A stretch of 63,393 bases of DNA, filler included, from Octopus bimaculoides (GCF_001194135.2; 5 parts of 5 records of this genome joined end to end with filler, not necessarily neighbours in it); one strand, 5' to 3'; shown: positions 11,400 through 25,232, counted from the first letter of the whole stretch. The notes: generated by a model not told the origin, from the sequence alone. Translations and numbers: made by a program.

Positions 11400-11680
11400 A
11401 TGCAGTATATGAAACTATTTGGAAACTGCAAAAGATGGAATGGTTACTCCTGGAAGGTCTTAGAGTATATGCTTCCTTTAGAAATCTTTAACTGGGGTTA
11501 TATAACAGCAACACTGCAATACATCTTCATTGAATTACACCATGCAATCTTAAGAAAAATGAATGAAAATATTTGGTAGTGTAGTCCATGATAAGTATCC
11601 CAGAAAAAAGACGAGAAGAAAAGATTTTGAGCCTTAAATTATAGGTCTGGTGGACCAGATGTGACCTAAAATAAAGGAAT
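11400..11680 (+). mobile_element. Possible highly decayed RTE-type LINE C-terminal remnant
   Basis: ETIWKLQKMEWLLLEG weakly resembles RTE ETWTLTKxxExxLDG. Many stops. Confidence 0.25.
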
Positions 11681-11799
11681 AACAGACAAAAAGAAAAACG
11701 TCTGGCTATGGTAAACTCCTGGTCCATCGGAGAAACTATATCAAGCAGATAAGGAAGCAGAATTGTGACAAACGTCAGTTTCATATGGCATATAAGAGA

Positions 11800-11990
11800 G
11801 AGAACATTTATCATCAACAGCGGCCATGTTGAAGCACCGCCCCAAAGGGTTTTAGCCGAACAAATCACATTCAGGACTGATCATTTAGCTTGGTATGCAA
11901 TCTATCGCTCTGCTCTCTGTAAACAAACCAGTACCGGTTGCCAAGCGGTGGTGAAGGAAAAACACAAACGCACAGGTACCCACACTTGAC
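11800..11990 (-). mobile_element. SINE family A right arm, diverged
   Basis: ggccatgttgaagcaccgcc...tttagccgaacaaatc...accagtaccggttgccaagcggtggtg. Confidence 0.7.
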
Positions 11991-12923
11991 ATTTCTCCTT
12001 CCATACTTCATAAAATATAATATCAATCAATTATTGGAATCAATTTAAATATGAACTAACCCAAAATACATGCCCTTGTCAAATTTCTTATAAATAAATC
12101 GATATTAAATTGTGTGCTTTATTTAACGCGGCTATGCTACAGGGAAACACAGCTATAGTATTTATCTTCCGAAAAATTGTCGTGTTGACGTATAGTGATA
12201 AAAAGCACCGACATGTCTTAGCAGCAGACACGTTTGGTGTCCGCAGCAGCGGTGTAATTGCTCAATAATTTCTGTGCCTTTGCATGTCAACTGTAGCAAG
12301 TATCTATTATAAGCTGCATGCTTTGTCAATTCTCACTTCCACTGCAAGTGAAAGAAAATAGAATTCACGACACTTTTTGTTCAGAACGATTATTGTAATC
12401 CATATGTGCACCGGTACCACACACTTGAGATGCTGTACAAAAAAATTGTGGTGCATCATACGTGGATATGTCTCTTCAGGTGACTTGGCAAAATGTACCT
12501 CGTTTTTTTTTATTCGCCGTTTTCTGTTACGTCTAAAAAAATCCCTTTTAGTAGATGTAATGTGCTGCAAATCTACACAAGGAACTGAGACACAACGAAG
12601 AACTGATCTCATATAGGAAAGGAGATACATCTGCACATATGATGCACTACAATTGTTTGTACAGTGTATCACATGAGAGCTACCAATGTACGATGGCTTG
12701 AAACGACAGTATTGAGTAAAAAGTCTCATGAATTCCATTTGGTTCCTTATTTTATAAACACTACAGACCCAAATAAACTCCAGAAGTAAATCCAGTCAGT
12801 TCCATATATATATCTATGCTGTTAATGACATCAGTTAGCCGAACTCTGTGAACGTGCTTTAAACGGCATACTGCAGGGCATATGCCAGAATGAGTATTAT
12901 TGCTTTTATATATATATATATAT

Positions 12924-12972
<49 letters not shown>

Positions 12973-13509
12973 CAGACAGACAGAGAGAAATGTGAGAAGC
13001 TCAAAAAATGAGAGTAAAGTGATTTTAATTTTTGGGATGGAAGCGGTTGTGTTTTCCTTTGTTTAGGTCAGGTGTAAAGGATTTATGGTGAAAGAATATT
13101 AAAAGGCAGAAATTAAAGAAAGAAAAAAAAATTCAGAAGAGAAAATCGTAGGGAAATTAAAATGAAATAATACAATACATACAAAGGAAATGATAAGGGT
13201 CCTTCTCGAATGCTAGGCTCATATCACTAGTTTCCTGCCATTTGTAAGCGTATACATACTGTCAGCATCACAAATGTAAAATTCTTCCCTGAAGACGGAG
13301 GATGGTGTTGTCCGATGATGGAATCCAGTGACAATCGTTATTTTGGACCACCAAGCACCCAGAAACAGCTGTTAGACTCGTAAAACTCTTATTCAACCCC
13401 TTTAATTCCTGATATCATTTGTATTCTGTGTACGTTAGACATTTTTATATGTATATGTATGCATATGTGCATCTTTTGTATTAAATATATATAATAATTT
13501 TGTATATAA

Positions 13510-14056
13510 CCGCTGTTATGCTGGAGCACCGCCTTAAAGGATTCTAGTCGAAGAAATCGACCCCAGAACTTATTTGTAAAGCTAGTGCTTATTCTATCGG
13601 CATATTTGCCAAACCTGCAGGTGACGAGGACATTAGCACACCAATATCGTTCGCTAAACACAGACACAAAAACAAACACACATAAATATACATGCATACA
13701 GGTATCTATATCTATCTATCTATCTATCTATATATATATATATATATTGCTCTACATATTGCATTTAATGTAATGCTCGCATTACTTAAATAAATGGAGT
13801 AGCATGAAACGTGCGTACTGCAATCATCTTTAAAATCCGTGTTGCTTATTTTGATTTTATATATATATATATATATATATATACATACATATACGGCGGG
13901 CTTCTTCCGGTTTCCATCTACCAAGTTCACTCACAAGGCTTTAATCGGCTCGAGGCCATAGTACGAGACACTCGCCCAAAGTCCCACTCAGTGGGACTGG
14001 AACCGGAACCATGTGGTTGGGAAGCAACATTCTCACCACACAGACACCCCTGTGCC
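13510..14056 (-). mobile_element. SINE family A with an expanded spacer containing unrelated sequence
   Basis: Right arm ~13510-13680, left arm ~13890-14056. Confidence 0.85.
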
Positions 14057-14769
14057 TATGTATATATTTTAGTCGTCTTCATTATTAATATACGCCTCCA
14101 GACTTTTCTAAATACATACAGGTATATGTATTTATTTACTACACACTATAATTCAGGCCATGCAAAACTAGTGCTGCGTGTACTTTATATTTCTCGCTGA
14201 TTTATTTTCGTGTTTGCTTTGGTGATTAGTATTATCATTTGCTTGTTTTTCAACAAATGTATCTGTGTAGGTAATGGTATGTTTGGGCGAACAGCTTGAA
14301 GCTGTTCTTTGGTGAATTATTATTACATTACAGACAGCAAAGTATATCTACTCAGCATTCTGTTAAATTCTTCAATAGCTAAAATTTCTATGCTTCTAGT
14401 CTGAAATAATTAAATAATTAAACAAGTTTTACTATCTTAAACAATTATCTCTCTAATAGAAATGTCTCGGCTTGTTTGTCAGTAAATAAAATATAATGAA
14501 ATTTGTCTGATTATGTATTTTCGTTCTTTGATTGTCGAAGGTAGATAATTTACGTTCCAAATGTAGCTTTCTTCTTCATTCGAAATGATAGAAATTTAGA
14601 GTTTAAACTGGTTGCCATTACATAAGCCTTGAAAATATTGCCTAACAATATTAGAAAATTTTGCAATTAATCTAGAGTATTGTGAGCCACCCATATTTTC
14701 CATGTGATCAGAAGCATAGACATTTGAATAAACGATTATGTAAATATACAAAGGTGCTCCTATGTCCCG

Positions 14770-15500
14770 CATTATGACGACGTATTTCGTCTCTGCGAGA
14801 CTGTTCCAAACAGCGCACCTCGCTGACAGTGTTTCCTTTACTTGGCATCATGGGCCCAACAAAAAGGGGATAAACAAGGACAGATAATACATATAAAGGT
14901 GGCGGGAGGTCATGTCAGATGGATTGCAATGGTATGGCTTGTTAAAAATTTAAACACGGTTAAAAAGTTTTTGCATGATGTCAAGACATCCAGTCGACGC
15001 CCGACAGGATACCTTTTGTTTTCCACAAGCTCAACATAACTGGTTCCACTAATGCACAGCATCCTTTCTACAGACTTCCATCTTTTTCTGTACATACTGT
15101 GCGACAGGTATCTCTTCTCCAGTCTGATCTTGCTCTTTAGGTGGTAGCGAAAAAAGCTACCCAACCCTTGGCCAGTGATGCAGGTACCTGTCGAGTTCCC
15201 TCTTGTACGCGTCTTCCATACTGTCTCCTTCAGGGTGGCTTATACGCAGAAGAAACAGGCCTGCCCTCCCCACCCCCTGTTAAAGGAAGGAGTCGGCACA
15301 ATCTTTATAATCGACTCAGCTGATAGCTGTACTCTTCCATTGCCGACAACAATTGTTCAGCAACGGTTATCAGACCCGTTAATTCCGCACACTGTACGGA
15401 GGCGTGCAAGACAGTTTCCCTGCCCTGCTCACACCACGGGTATGTCGGTGGGACGGCATGATCTGCCTCGAGAACTTCTCTCGTATAGGTAAAGCTGATC
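14770..15500 (-). mobile_element. L1/Tx1-clade LINE, 3' part of ORF2 (CCHC zinc knuckle and C-terminus) plus 3' UTR
   Basis: Minus-strand PTYPWCEQGRETVLHASVQC (degenerate C-x2-C...H...C), ESIIKIVP..KETVWKTR and GSFFRYHLKSKIRLEKRYLSHSMYRKRW. Confidence 0.7.
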
Positions 15501-16189
15501 GATAGCATAACCAGTCTAGAGTTTTCAGGTATATATATATATATAAAATAACTGTGGTGTAGTTCCTGTTTTTAAGGCTGAAGCTCCTTGAAAGTTTGGG
15601 TATTTGAGTATATTTAAAAATTTAAGGAATGGAGAAAACGCATGTTATAATTGCATACTTTATTCCTACATATGTTTCAAAGGATTACAACCTATGTGAT
15701 CTATAGGGATCTGTGATGTTAAAATTGTAACCTTCTCTTCAGNNNNNNNNNNNNNNNNNNNNNNNNNNNNNNNNNNNNNNNNNNNNNNNNNNNNNNNNNN
15801 NNNNNNNNNNNNNNNNNNNNNNNNNNNNNNNNNNNNNNNNNNNNNNNNNNNNNNNNNNNNNNNNNNNNNNNNNNNNNNNNNNNNNNNNNNNNNNNNNNNN
15901 NNNNNNNNNNNNNNNNNNNNNNNNNNNNNNNNNNNNNNNNNNNNNNNNNNNNNNNNNNNNNNNNNNNNNNNNNNNNNNNNNNNNNNNNNNNNNNNNNNNN
16001 NNNNNNNNNNNNNNNNNNNNNNNNNNNNNNNNNNNNNNNNNNNNNNNNNNNNNNNNNTATATATATATATATGAATGTATGTATGTGTCCATGCATGTAC
16101 GTATGCATGCATCAATATATGTATATATGTGTGTATGTATGTATGTATATATGTATATATGAATGCTTGCGTGTGTGTATGTGTGTGTG

Positions 16190-16400
16190 CGTCTTTGTGT
16201 TAGTATTACTCTCCCCAACTACCGGTGCTTATGTAATTTTGTTCCAGTAACATAACGTTTCAGCAAAAGAGACCGATAGAATAAGTACAAGTGTTAAAAA
16301 GATTGAGTACCAGGGTCGATTCGTTCAACTAAAAATTCTTCAAGGCGGTGTCCCAGCATGGCTTCAGCCTAAACACGTAATTGATGAAAGATAAATGATA
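16190..16400 (+). mobile_element. SINE family A right arm
   Basis: cagcaaaagagaccgatagaataagtac...gggtcgattcgttcaact...ggcggtgtcccagcatggc. Confidence 0.85.
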
Positions 16401-16404
16401 AAGA

Positions 16405-16520
16405 TGCTACAGGGAATTGGAAAATCTGAAACTACGAACATTATGGAATACAAGAAACCAAATTTTCAAAGAACTAAAGACAGGACTAATGAGTATTCTA
16501 CCAATGTTCCTGACTTAGTA
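16405..16520 (+). mobile_element. Possible third R4-like endonuclease-region remnant
   Basis: YRELENLKLRTLWN resembles KYxDLEIEIxRMW, and is followed by CAA-rich repeats. Confidence 0.3.
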
Positions 16521-16984
16521 CATTGACAACAATAACAACAGCAATGACATCAACAACACAAAAAGAATGACAGTATGAGATTAAATACAACAATAAGACC
16601 CAGAATACAAAAGCACATCAACAATACTTCACCGAATGCAAGGACAACAATAAGAAGAAGAGTTAAACTAGAAAATAGCAATAATGACAGTAAGATAATA
16701 AGAAGACATCGACGGCGACAAGAACATCAGCAACAACGAGAATGATAAGAAGAAGAACAGAACAAGAACAAAATAAGCGACAGTAAGACAATGACGACAC
16801 AGCGATTGCGACGGCAACAGCAGCAATGAGAATGACGACCACAGTATCAAGAAGAACAAGAACAACCGCGACGGCAGCGATTATGTGGGAAACCACATAT
16901 CGTCAGCAATGAGAACAGATTTAACTAAATTACCAATATCTGTTTAGAATACAAATATCGTGAAGAAACAAACCAGGAAATCTA

Positions 16985-17290
16985 TACGTGATGGCTGAGA
17001 ATTGTAGAAATTGAAGTACAACGTTCTTCAAATCACCTATCGCATTTTAAAATATAAAAAGTCACATTACATAATGTATTCTTAGATTCCCTTAGATGTC
17101 AAGACCGAGGTACTAGGCTTTTAACAAAGTTTACTCTATAAGTATTGACATCGTGCGATACACCAACATGAATAGCGAAATTAATTGTTACCTTGACTTG
17201 GTAGAAATGGCAGCCAATATCCTTCAAATCAAAACCTACCGATTTAAATTTGCATACTGAAGCGTTGCACATTGAATAAAGATATCACAG
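16985..17290 (+). mobile_element. Dispersed repeat family E (unclassified, old); related pieces at ~33110-33205, ~37870-38010 and ~46480-46690
   Basis: A shared motif of the form ttgacctgctagaaatagcagc.aa...ccttcaaatca recurs at several loci. Confidence 0.5.
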
Positions 17291-17323
17291 ATATATTGAA
17301 TAATGATGTATTACATACACAGG

Positions 17324-17354
<31 letters not shown>

Positions 17355-17509
17355 ATTTATATAAATGTGTGTGTGTGTTTGAGTGTATTATGTATGCATG
17401 TATGTATTCACGCATGCATGTATGCATATATGTATGTATTTATGTATGTATGTATGTATGTATGTATGTATGTATGTATGTACATAGGCATATATATGCC
17501 TGTGTACAT

Positions 17510-18340
17510 ACATCTAGTAACTTCTTTAGGCGTGGCATATTGTAATTTATTGTATCATTGCAATACATCTAATAAACTAACCTGCAACTTTTGTTTTCCA
17601 ATATTGAAGGAGACGGCGATAACATCATTTTAAAGACGGCCTACTAAACACTGCTTATCACAACTGACTAGTTTGCAGAATGCAGTCGGGGTGTGAAGAC
17701 AATTTTGAAGCTGGCTATGCAATAATGTTCCATGTTGAATCAGACAAGAACTCACATAATCTTATGGAATGCTCCAGAATGCTTATGGAATAACTATGAG
17801 CCGATCGTTTGCACTTCGCTGGAACCTGAATACAGGTGAAGCACGTTCCTCGGGAAGAATATAATGATTCCCTTCTTCGGTAGCAAGGGTACATCTACAT
17901 CCGCCAGGGCACTGTGGTTAGATGTTCAACAAAGAGTGATTTGTGAAGGTTTTGAGGGAGATCAGGATGAGCTCTCGTCACAAAAGCTAGAGCTCTTTCA
18001 CTTCGGTCGGTGGCACCTGCATCAGGATACAATTCCATCCTGGTATGAAGTAACTGACAGGGTAGCGCATCAAAATTTCCTCTTTAGTGTGCAGAATTTG
18101 CTGCCTATAACTTTCTGTTGTATCTGAAGAGATTGAGAAGATGAAGGAGGATGTGACAAGAGTCCTGGCTATCTTCATATTAAAGTACTTCCATGGGGCC
18201 TTCAGAATCTGGCTGGAGCGCTGAGGCAAGCGCAGTGAAGTCAGCGGGTCCTATTTTGAAGGAGATTAGAGATTTCTACTTCATTGAGATTAATAAATGT
18301 CTCTCCTGAATATGTCTGCAGACTGTGAAATGCAATTTGC
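17510..18340 (+). mobile_element. Decayed mariner-family DNA transposon
   Basis: MIPFFGSKG, FHFGRWHLHQD and the C-terminus MKEDVTRVL..FHGAFRIWLER*GK..VSGSYFEGD* match mariner MIPFFD / WHFHQDNAP / KCIxAGGDYFEGD*. The ends are approximate. Confidence 0.8.
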
Positions 18341-19021
18341 ATGTGTATATATATATATACTGCATTAGTAAGCATGTACATAAATATGTTAACTACATGT
18401 CTGTATGTGTGTGTACGTGCTTGTGTATGTGTATATGTGTGTCCGTGTGTACATGTATGTGCGTAGGTGTGTGTATATGTATGTGTTTATATAGCTATAT
18501 TTATTATATGCTTGTGTGTGTATGTTCAAAATTATCTGCCACGAAAATAATCCAATTATTATTCTCATTCTCACACACTCTTTCTACCGTTTACACTTAC
18601 AAAATCATAGTCAACAAAAACCCAAAATACTCGCTAAATTCACAGGTAGATAGAGACTACACAGTCTCATATTGCATATATTGCGTTCACTCAATTCTCA
18701 TAATTCAACACAAATTATCTAAACTTCCTTCCATGTTCAACTACAAGAAAAAGCCATAGAAATGATGAAATGACGGCTTCCATATAATGCAAAATTATGC
18801 AAATATTTCTCCTATTATTTCATATTAAAATACATAGTTCTATCGAAAGAAGAAATTCATGTTATGGATTATGATGATAATATCACAACCGCTTAAAGAT
18901 AATGTAAGAGCACAAAATATATATACACACGTATATATGTGTATGATTGAGTGCATATATGTGTGTGTATCTATGTATATACATATGTATATATATATAT
19001 ATGTATGTATATCTATGTGCA

Positions 19022-19073
<52 letters not shown>

Positions 19074-21873
19074 NNNNNNNNNNNNNNNNNNNNNNNNNNN
19101 NNNNNNNNNNNNNNNNNNNNNNNNNNNNNNNNNNNNNNNNNNNNNNNNNNNNNNNNNNNNNNNNNNNNNNNNNNNNNNNNNNNNNNNNNNNNNNNNNNNN
19201 NNNNNNNNNNNNNNNNNNNNNNNNNNNNNNNNNNNNNNNNNNNNNNNNNNNNNNNNNNNNNNNNNNNNNNNNNNNNNNNNNNNNNNNNNNNNNNNNNNNN
19301 NNNNNNNNNNNNNNNNNNNNNNNNNNNNNNNNNNNNNNNNNNNNNNNNNNNNNNNNNNNNNNNNNNNNNNNNNNNNNNNNNNNNNNNNNNNNNNNNNNNN
19401 NNNNNNNNNNNNNNNNNNNNNNNNNNNNNNNNNNNNNNNNNNNNNNNNNNNNNNNNNNNNNNNNNNNNNNNNNNNNNNNNNNNNNNNNNNNNNNNNNNNN
19501 NNNNNNNNNNNNNNNNNNNNNNNNNNNNNNNNNNNNNNNNNNNNNNNNNNNNNNNNTATATATATATATATATATAACTTACTTTTGACAAAGGAAGTGT
19601 GGCGTTCAATCATAAATAATTAAACATACACCTTAAGTACAGGACATCACCAACGAGCGAAAAATGCGCAAACACCCGAGATATAAGTAGAGGACAAAAT
19701 ACCAAAGGAAGCCTAACTCCTCCTCAGTTGTCGTGCGTTTATTACCACCTGTTTTGATCGTTCGATAAGACAGGAAAACTTCATAAGACAGCAGCATCCA
19801 GATTTTTTTTAAATATAGAATTTATGGAGAGTTAGAAATTTTGAAGGATATAAAATAAATAGAAGAGAAAAAAATATCGACAGGCGAGAGAAATTACGTC
19901 CAGCTTGTTGTACGTCCTAGCCAAAAAAGACAGAGAGGCTGGAAAAATCGTTTGTACTCACGTGTGATCAATAGGCAGAAGGGAAGGGGGAAGAGAGAGG
20001 AGAAGGCAGAGAAACAAAGTGAGTGAGAAGGGAAAAGGAAAGAAATAAAGACAGGGGACACCATATGTTCATATATATATACATATCATTATATGTGTGT
20101 ATGTGTGTGTACATATGTATGTATATGTATGTTGATATATGTATATACACACAGATATTATTCGATGGACACAATACATCAGTACATGTTATTATTAGCT
20201 ACTAACATTTTCTTATGCTGAGAACATGCCAAATAACGAATTACAAGATGTGTAACATGTTTTGTATAGTATAACGAACTGAAAATTGAATGATAGAAGA
20301 AACAAAAAGCCAAGAAGGAAGCATATAGAGAACGTCGAAAGTAAAAAAAAAACGGAAAACGAAAAAGTTATCAGAAATAATTAAAATGATTTATTTGTCT
20401 TAGACATTAAATTATAGATCCGAAAAACTAATGAGAAGTTAATAAGGTATAGGCGGAATTTTCAAATTTTTCAAATGAAACTTATTCATATGTTTACAAT
20501 CGCTGAAAATTTATGCTCTAGAGTTCAGTTGTAAGTTAGTGATCTTCGATCTGAAAAGGATCTGAGCACTTTCAGCTAAACATAGTTTATATCTATTTAA
20601 GCCATTAACATAAGGTGAGGATTTTATAATTATTTTCCACCAGATGGAATACTTCTTTTGTTGATCTTACCTCACTAACAGTACATTACGTGCATTCGAA
20701 ACGCGGAGTAGATGGAACAGGGACAACTGATGAAGGGAAATATTCATTATGTTNNNNNNNNNNTTCATTATGTTGCATGTCTCGGTTTGTTTTTTGTTTT
20801 TTTCGTTGTTCGAAACAAAGTTCGTTTTCTGTCCTCGTCTTTATGTCTTCGTTTCTCATTGTGTTTAACGTTTTTTTCATGACGTCCTGTACCCATATAT
20901 GCATGTATGTATACATATAGATGTAGATAGGTACATATATGTATGGATATATGCATATATTTATATATTATTTATATTATTATATGATCGAACGCCACGC
21001 ATCCGCTTCCAAGTATATATATATANNNNNNNNNNNNNNNNNNNNNNNNNNNNNNNNNNNNNNNNNNNNNNNNNNNNNNNNNNNNNNNNNNNNNNNNNNN
21101 NNNNNNNNNNNNNNNNNNNNNNNNNNNNNNNNNNNNNNNNNNNNNNNNNNNNNNNNNNNNNNNNNNNNNNNNNNNNNNNNNNNNNNNNNNNNNNNNNNNN
21201 ATATATAGATGTATGATATGATTTTTAGGGAGAGAGAGTGAGAGAAAAAGGGGGATAAAGCAGAGGTAGGTAGGTATGTAGTGATTTGTTGGTTGTTCCA
21301 ATCCCAAATAAGAAATGAAATCTACCATCAAAACAGCTGATATTTATCTTCCAAATGAAGGTTTACTACATTGCCTGTATGATATTGTCACGCTACATTT
21401 GTTCAACGTTATACTGAAAATACATGGCTCTTTCTTCCGAAACACAAATTGAAATAAAGTAAAATCTCAACGACAGACAAGTTTCTTTACTGACCTCAGA
21501 GAGACGTGTTGGAAATCTCCGGATCAAGAAGTCTTACATAATTCTCCGATTCAATCCGCAGGTCAATAGTCGAACATAGTTGGGAGAGCATCATTCATAA
21601 GCTGCTCACCATTGCCAAATACATAGCAGCCACGACGTACATAGTCATCACTAAAGACAATGTTGACCACTATTTACTGCTCCAACACCTATCGCCACAC
21701 TCACTAAGATCACTGCCAACACCGTTATATATTACTGTTTGTTCGTTTGTGTGTGTGTGTGTATGTATGTCTGCATGTATATATATATATATATTTATGT
21801 GTGTGTGTGTGTGTGTGTATTTATGTTTGTATATATATATATGTGTGTGTGTGTGTGTATGTATGTTTGTATG

Positions 21874-21912
<39 letters not shown>

Positions 21913-22393
21913 CATACATATATATATATATATGTGTGTGTATGTGTGTGTATGTGTGTGTGTGCTGTGTGTGTATGTATGTATGTATGTATGAAAGAAG
22001 TATATATACTCATACAAATGGAATGTGTTAGGAGATTCAATCTCACCGAGGTTGGTTTTGCCCTTCATCATTCTAGGTTCAAAAGATTGGTGGTTAAAGC
22101 TCACTAATGTTAATAACTTTTATTAACATTACGAAATATTAGAGAGAGAGAGAGAGAGAGGGGGGAGAGAGAGAGAGAAACACAAACGGACAGATGGAGA
22201 AATAGATAGACCGATAGCTAGATAGACAGATTAATAAATAGCTAGATATATATTTTTTTTTTCATATATATGCATATATACATTAATATATGTGTCTGAG
22301 TGTGTGTATGTATGTAGATATATGAATAAATACATACATTAATATATTCATACATGTAAATGTAAATTATACGCATGTACCTACACATAAATG

Positions 22394-22429
<36 letters not shown>

Positions 22430-22777
22430 AAGAAGCACACTTACACACTCAATCTTACTGTTTCTACATTTCTTTCACATTCTCTCTCTCTCACTTTCCT
22501 TTTTCTTTCTTTTGCTATTCTTTGAATAATACCAACATCGAAATTTACACATTTACTCCATTTTCTTGATCAATTGAATTGAATTGAATAAAATTTATTG
22601 CCATTGTATTCACTGCGAAGTATGTTTAAAGCCCACGTTATAATATTGATTCGAACATTTTAAAGCAATTTAAAGTGATACATACATACATACATACATA
22701 CACACATACATACATTTACACATACATGCATACATACATACATGCGTTCACGTATATATATATATATNNNNNNNNNN

Positions 22778-22835
<58 letters not shown>

Positions 22836-23599
22836 CATCTATTTTCATATATTATATATATTTGGTTTATGTTTTTGTATGTGTTTGTATATGTACATCT
22901 ATGCACAGTGTAACACTTGAAAATACAAGAGCGAAGATAATGGTAATATATTTTCATACCATACAATGTGTTGTGAATATAGACATACAACAACAATAAT
23001 AGCACTAACAATTTCGGCTGCGATTACAATAATAACATTAATGAACGAACGAGGTGAGACTTTACGGATAATCAATAGAGTCGCTGGCCGTACTAGAAAT
23101 AGCAGCAAAATGACCTTTGATCTCAATGTATGATCGTAAAAATAGACAGTGTGGTGTATAATGTGTATTTATAGGTTTGATATTCCTGAATATTGTAGTG
23201 TGTTACCATAGCTTCGATGCATTTGAGCATAAGTCTATTTGATTAGGAAAGAGCAAACAGTTATAACGAGAACAACAATCGTAATAATGATGATCATAGC
23301 AATATAAAAATAGAAATATTATGCAATTAATAATTTTAATGTAGTAAACATAATAAAAAAAAAAACAATTATTGTGTTCACTGGTATATAAGCTGCGCTT
23401 TGTTATATTTGATATTGTCTGGAAAAAATGTGGTGCGACTTAAAGTCGGGACAACGCTGATATCACGTTTGAATTTGATAGGAGAAAACTTTGTGCTAAG
23501 ATTTAACACTAAATCGGGATGCGACTTATATATGAAATGAGGTTTATCCACGCATATATACAATTGCTTTAATAACAAAGTAATGTGTATCAGGAGTTA

Positions 23600-24460
23600 A
23601 TATCGAGTATGACTGTTGAATTATTACAAGTAGAAAAAGTGTTCGACTCATTTGGGGCTTCCCATTCCTTGATTTATCCGAGAAAATTCACTTACACCAT
23701 TGTGTCAGTATCGTGTATATACCGTTGCAAAATAGCGAGAGATGGTTTGGATACCATTAAAGTGGATTAAAATATATCGATAATTACATTAGTGAGCGTT
23801 GCTTTTAATGTTCTCTAGGAGACCAAGAAAATTTACCCGGATAGGAAAGAGAGGTCTGTACTTTCAAAATGTGACGACCTTATCCGACCTAACTACTGGC
23901 TGGAAGGTTATCGATGAAGTGTCGAAATACAATCACATGGAAATTAAAAGAAGGCCACTGCGTATGAAGGTGAAGGCAGGACCGTTAAAAATTGCAGTGG
24001 AAGTAAGGATAAGGATAAACATAAATGAAATCATACCGGAACCTCCAAGATTTCTCATAGTGCTAAATATACTCCGGGTAGTTAAAAACCACATCCTATG
24101 CAAGGTATTTTCAATCCGAAAGCACAACTTACACAGTATATTCTTCGTAGAACAAACAGTAAATATCCCTTCGATGATCACCCAATAAAATAAGACAATT
24201 CACTCAACATGTAAAAGAACATTCAATAATATACCAGAAACCAGTACAAGCCAACCACGTATATGGTTCTTGAAGATGCAAGAAATAACAGTTAGATTTC
24301 CTTCAGATTACACCTCATCATACAGAAGAATTCGATTGAAAATATAGTCTCTGGGAGACATTAAAACAGTAAGATTGATTGTCGACGCTGGAACGCCCTC
24401 GATATTAAGTCTGTTCGATGAAGACTGTTCAGACACTAAACAGAAATGCCAGCATTATAC
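23600..24460 (+). mobile_element. Heavily decayed Penelope-like element (RT C-terminus and GIY-YIG region)
   Basis: One stop-riddled frame gives FPFLDL, IVY, ERCF*CS..RPYP, TVYSS..IRQFTQHVKEH and QTLNRN, in the order expected for PLE motifs. Confidence 0.55.
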
Positions 24461-25131
24461 ATAGTATTACATAATCGACACCCGATATTTTAACTTCAAT
24501 TCACACGATTCAGATTCTATAAAATTGCAATCGATTAAAATAACATACCCTGAAAGCACATAATGTACACAATGCATCGCATAACAGAATTCACATTACA
24601 CATACGAAATATTAAACCACAATTACAGCTGAACAAAATATATATTTTTTTTTTTTGTAATTCTGGCGCAAACCAGCAATTTACAAGGTGTAACTCGATC
24701 ACATCGACCTCACTGTTCAAAGGATACTTATTTTATGAATAAAATAAATACGATATGGTATTTTATCTAACGCCCTAACGATTCTTTCTTTATTCAATGA
24801 TTTCTTCATCAAGCATAAACGCTTCATTCATGCAATACATTAAATGTAAAAGGCAAATAGTAGAGGCTAGTTTGCAGTCGGTTCATAACACCCTATACTG
24901 ATATATTTATTCCCAAATAGAGTGGCATATTAATTTCAGTGTTTTTCTCCTCCGATTTTATGCCACCCAGTCATGGCGGCACCTGTAAAACTTCGCAGAT
25001 GTTGCTTATTCTGCACATATTAAGTGACACAGTTGTAAGCAACAACAAAAAAGAACATCGGAATATATTTATCTACTGCATATTGTCAGAGTTCACTGCT
25101 TACAGGTATCTGGTTAATATTTACGAGTAAC

Positions 25132-25232
25132 AAGGCGGCGAGATTGGAGGAAGTTTAGCCTGTTGAGCAAAATACTTAGCGTCATTTCGTCCGTCTTTAC
25201 GTTCTCTGTTCAAATTTCCGCCGAGTCGAACT
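25132..25232 (+). mobile_element. SINE family C head
   Basis: aaggcggcgagattgg...ctttacgttctctgttcaaatttccgccgag. Confidence 0.75.

Noticed and set aside
12307-12738. 143-aa minus-strand ORF
   Set aside because: No recognisable motif, and it has a composition typical of AT-rich non-coding DNA.
14779-14813. GTCTC-GCA-GAGAC-GAAA-TAC-GTC as a hammerhead
   Set aside because: The upstream core CUGANGA is absent. It is treated as a LINE UTR hairpin.
20727-20823. CTGATGA ... GAAAC-AAA-GTT as a hammerhead
   Set aside because: Neither stem I nor the base of stem II pairs, and an assembly gap lies inside.
23799-24188. 129-aa plus ORF and overlapping hydrophobic 82-aa minus ORF as a receptor or channel gene
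   Set aside because: No receptor motifs, and stops surround both. The third frame explains the region better as a Penelope-like fossil.
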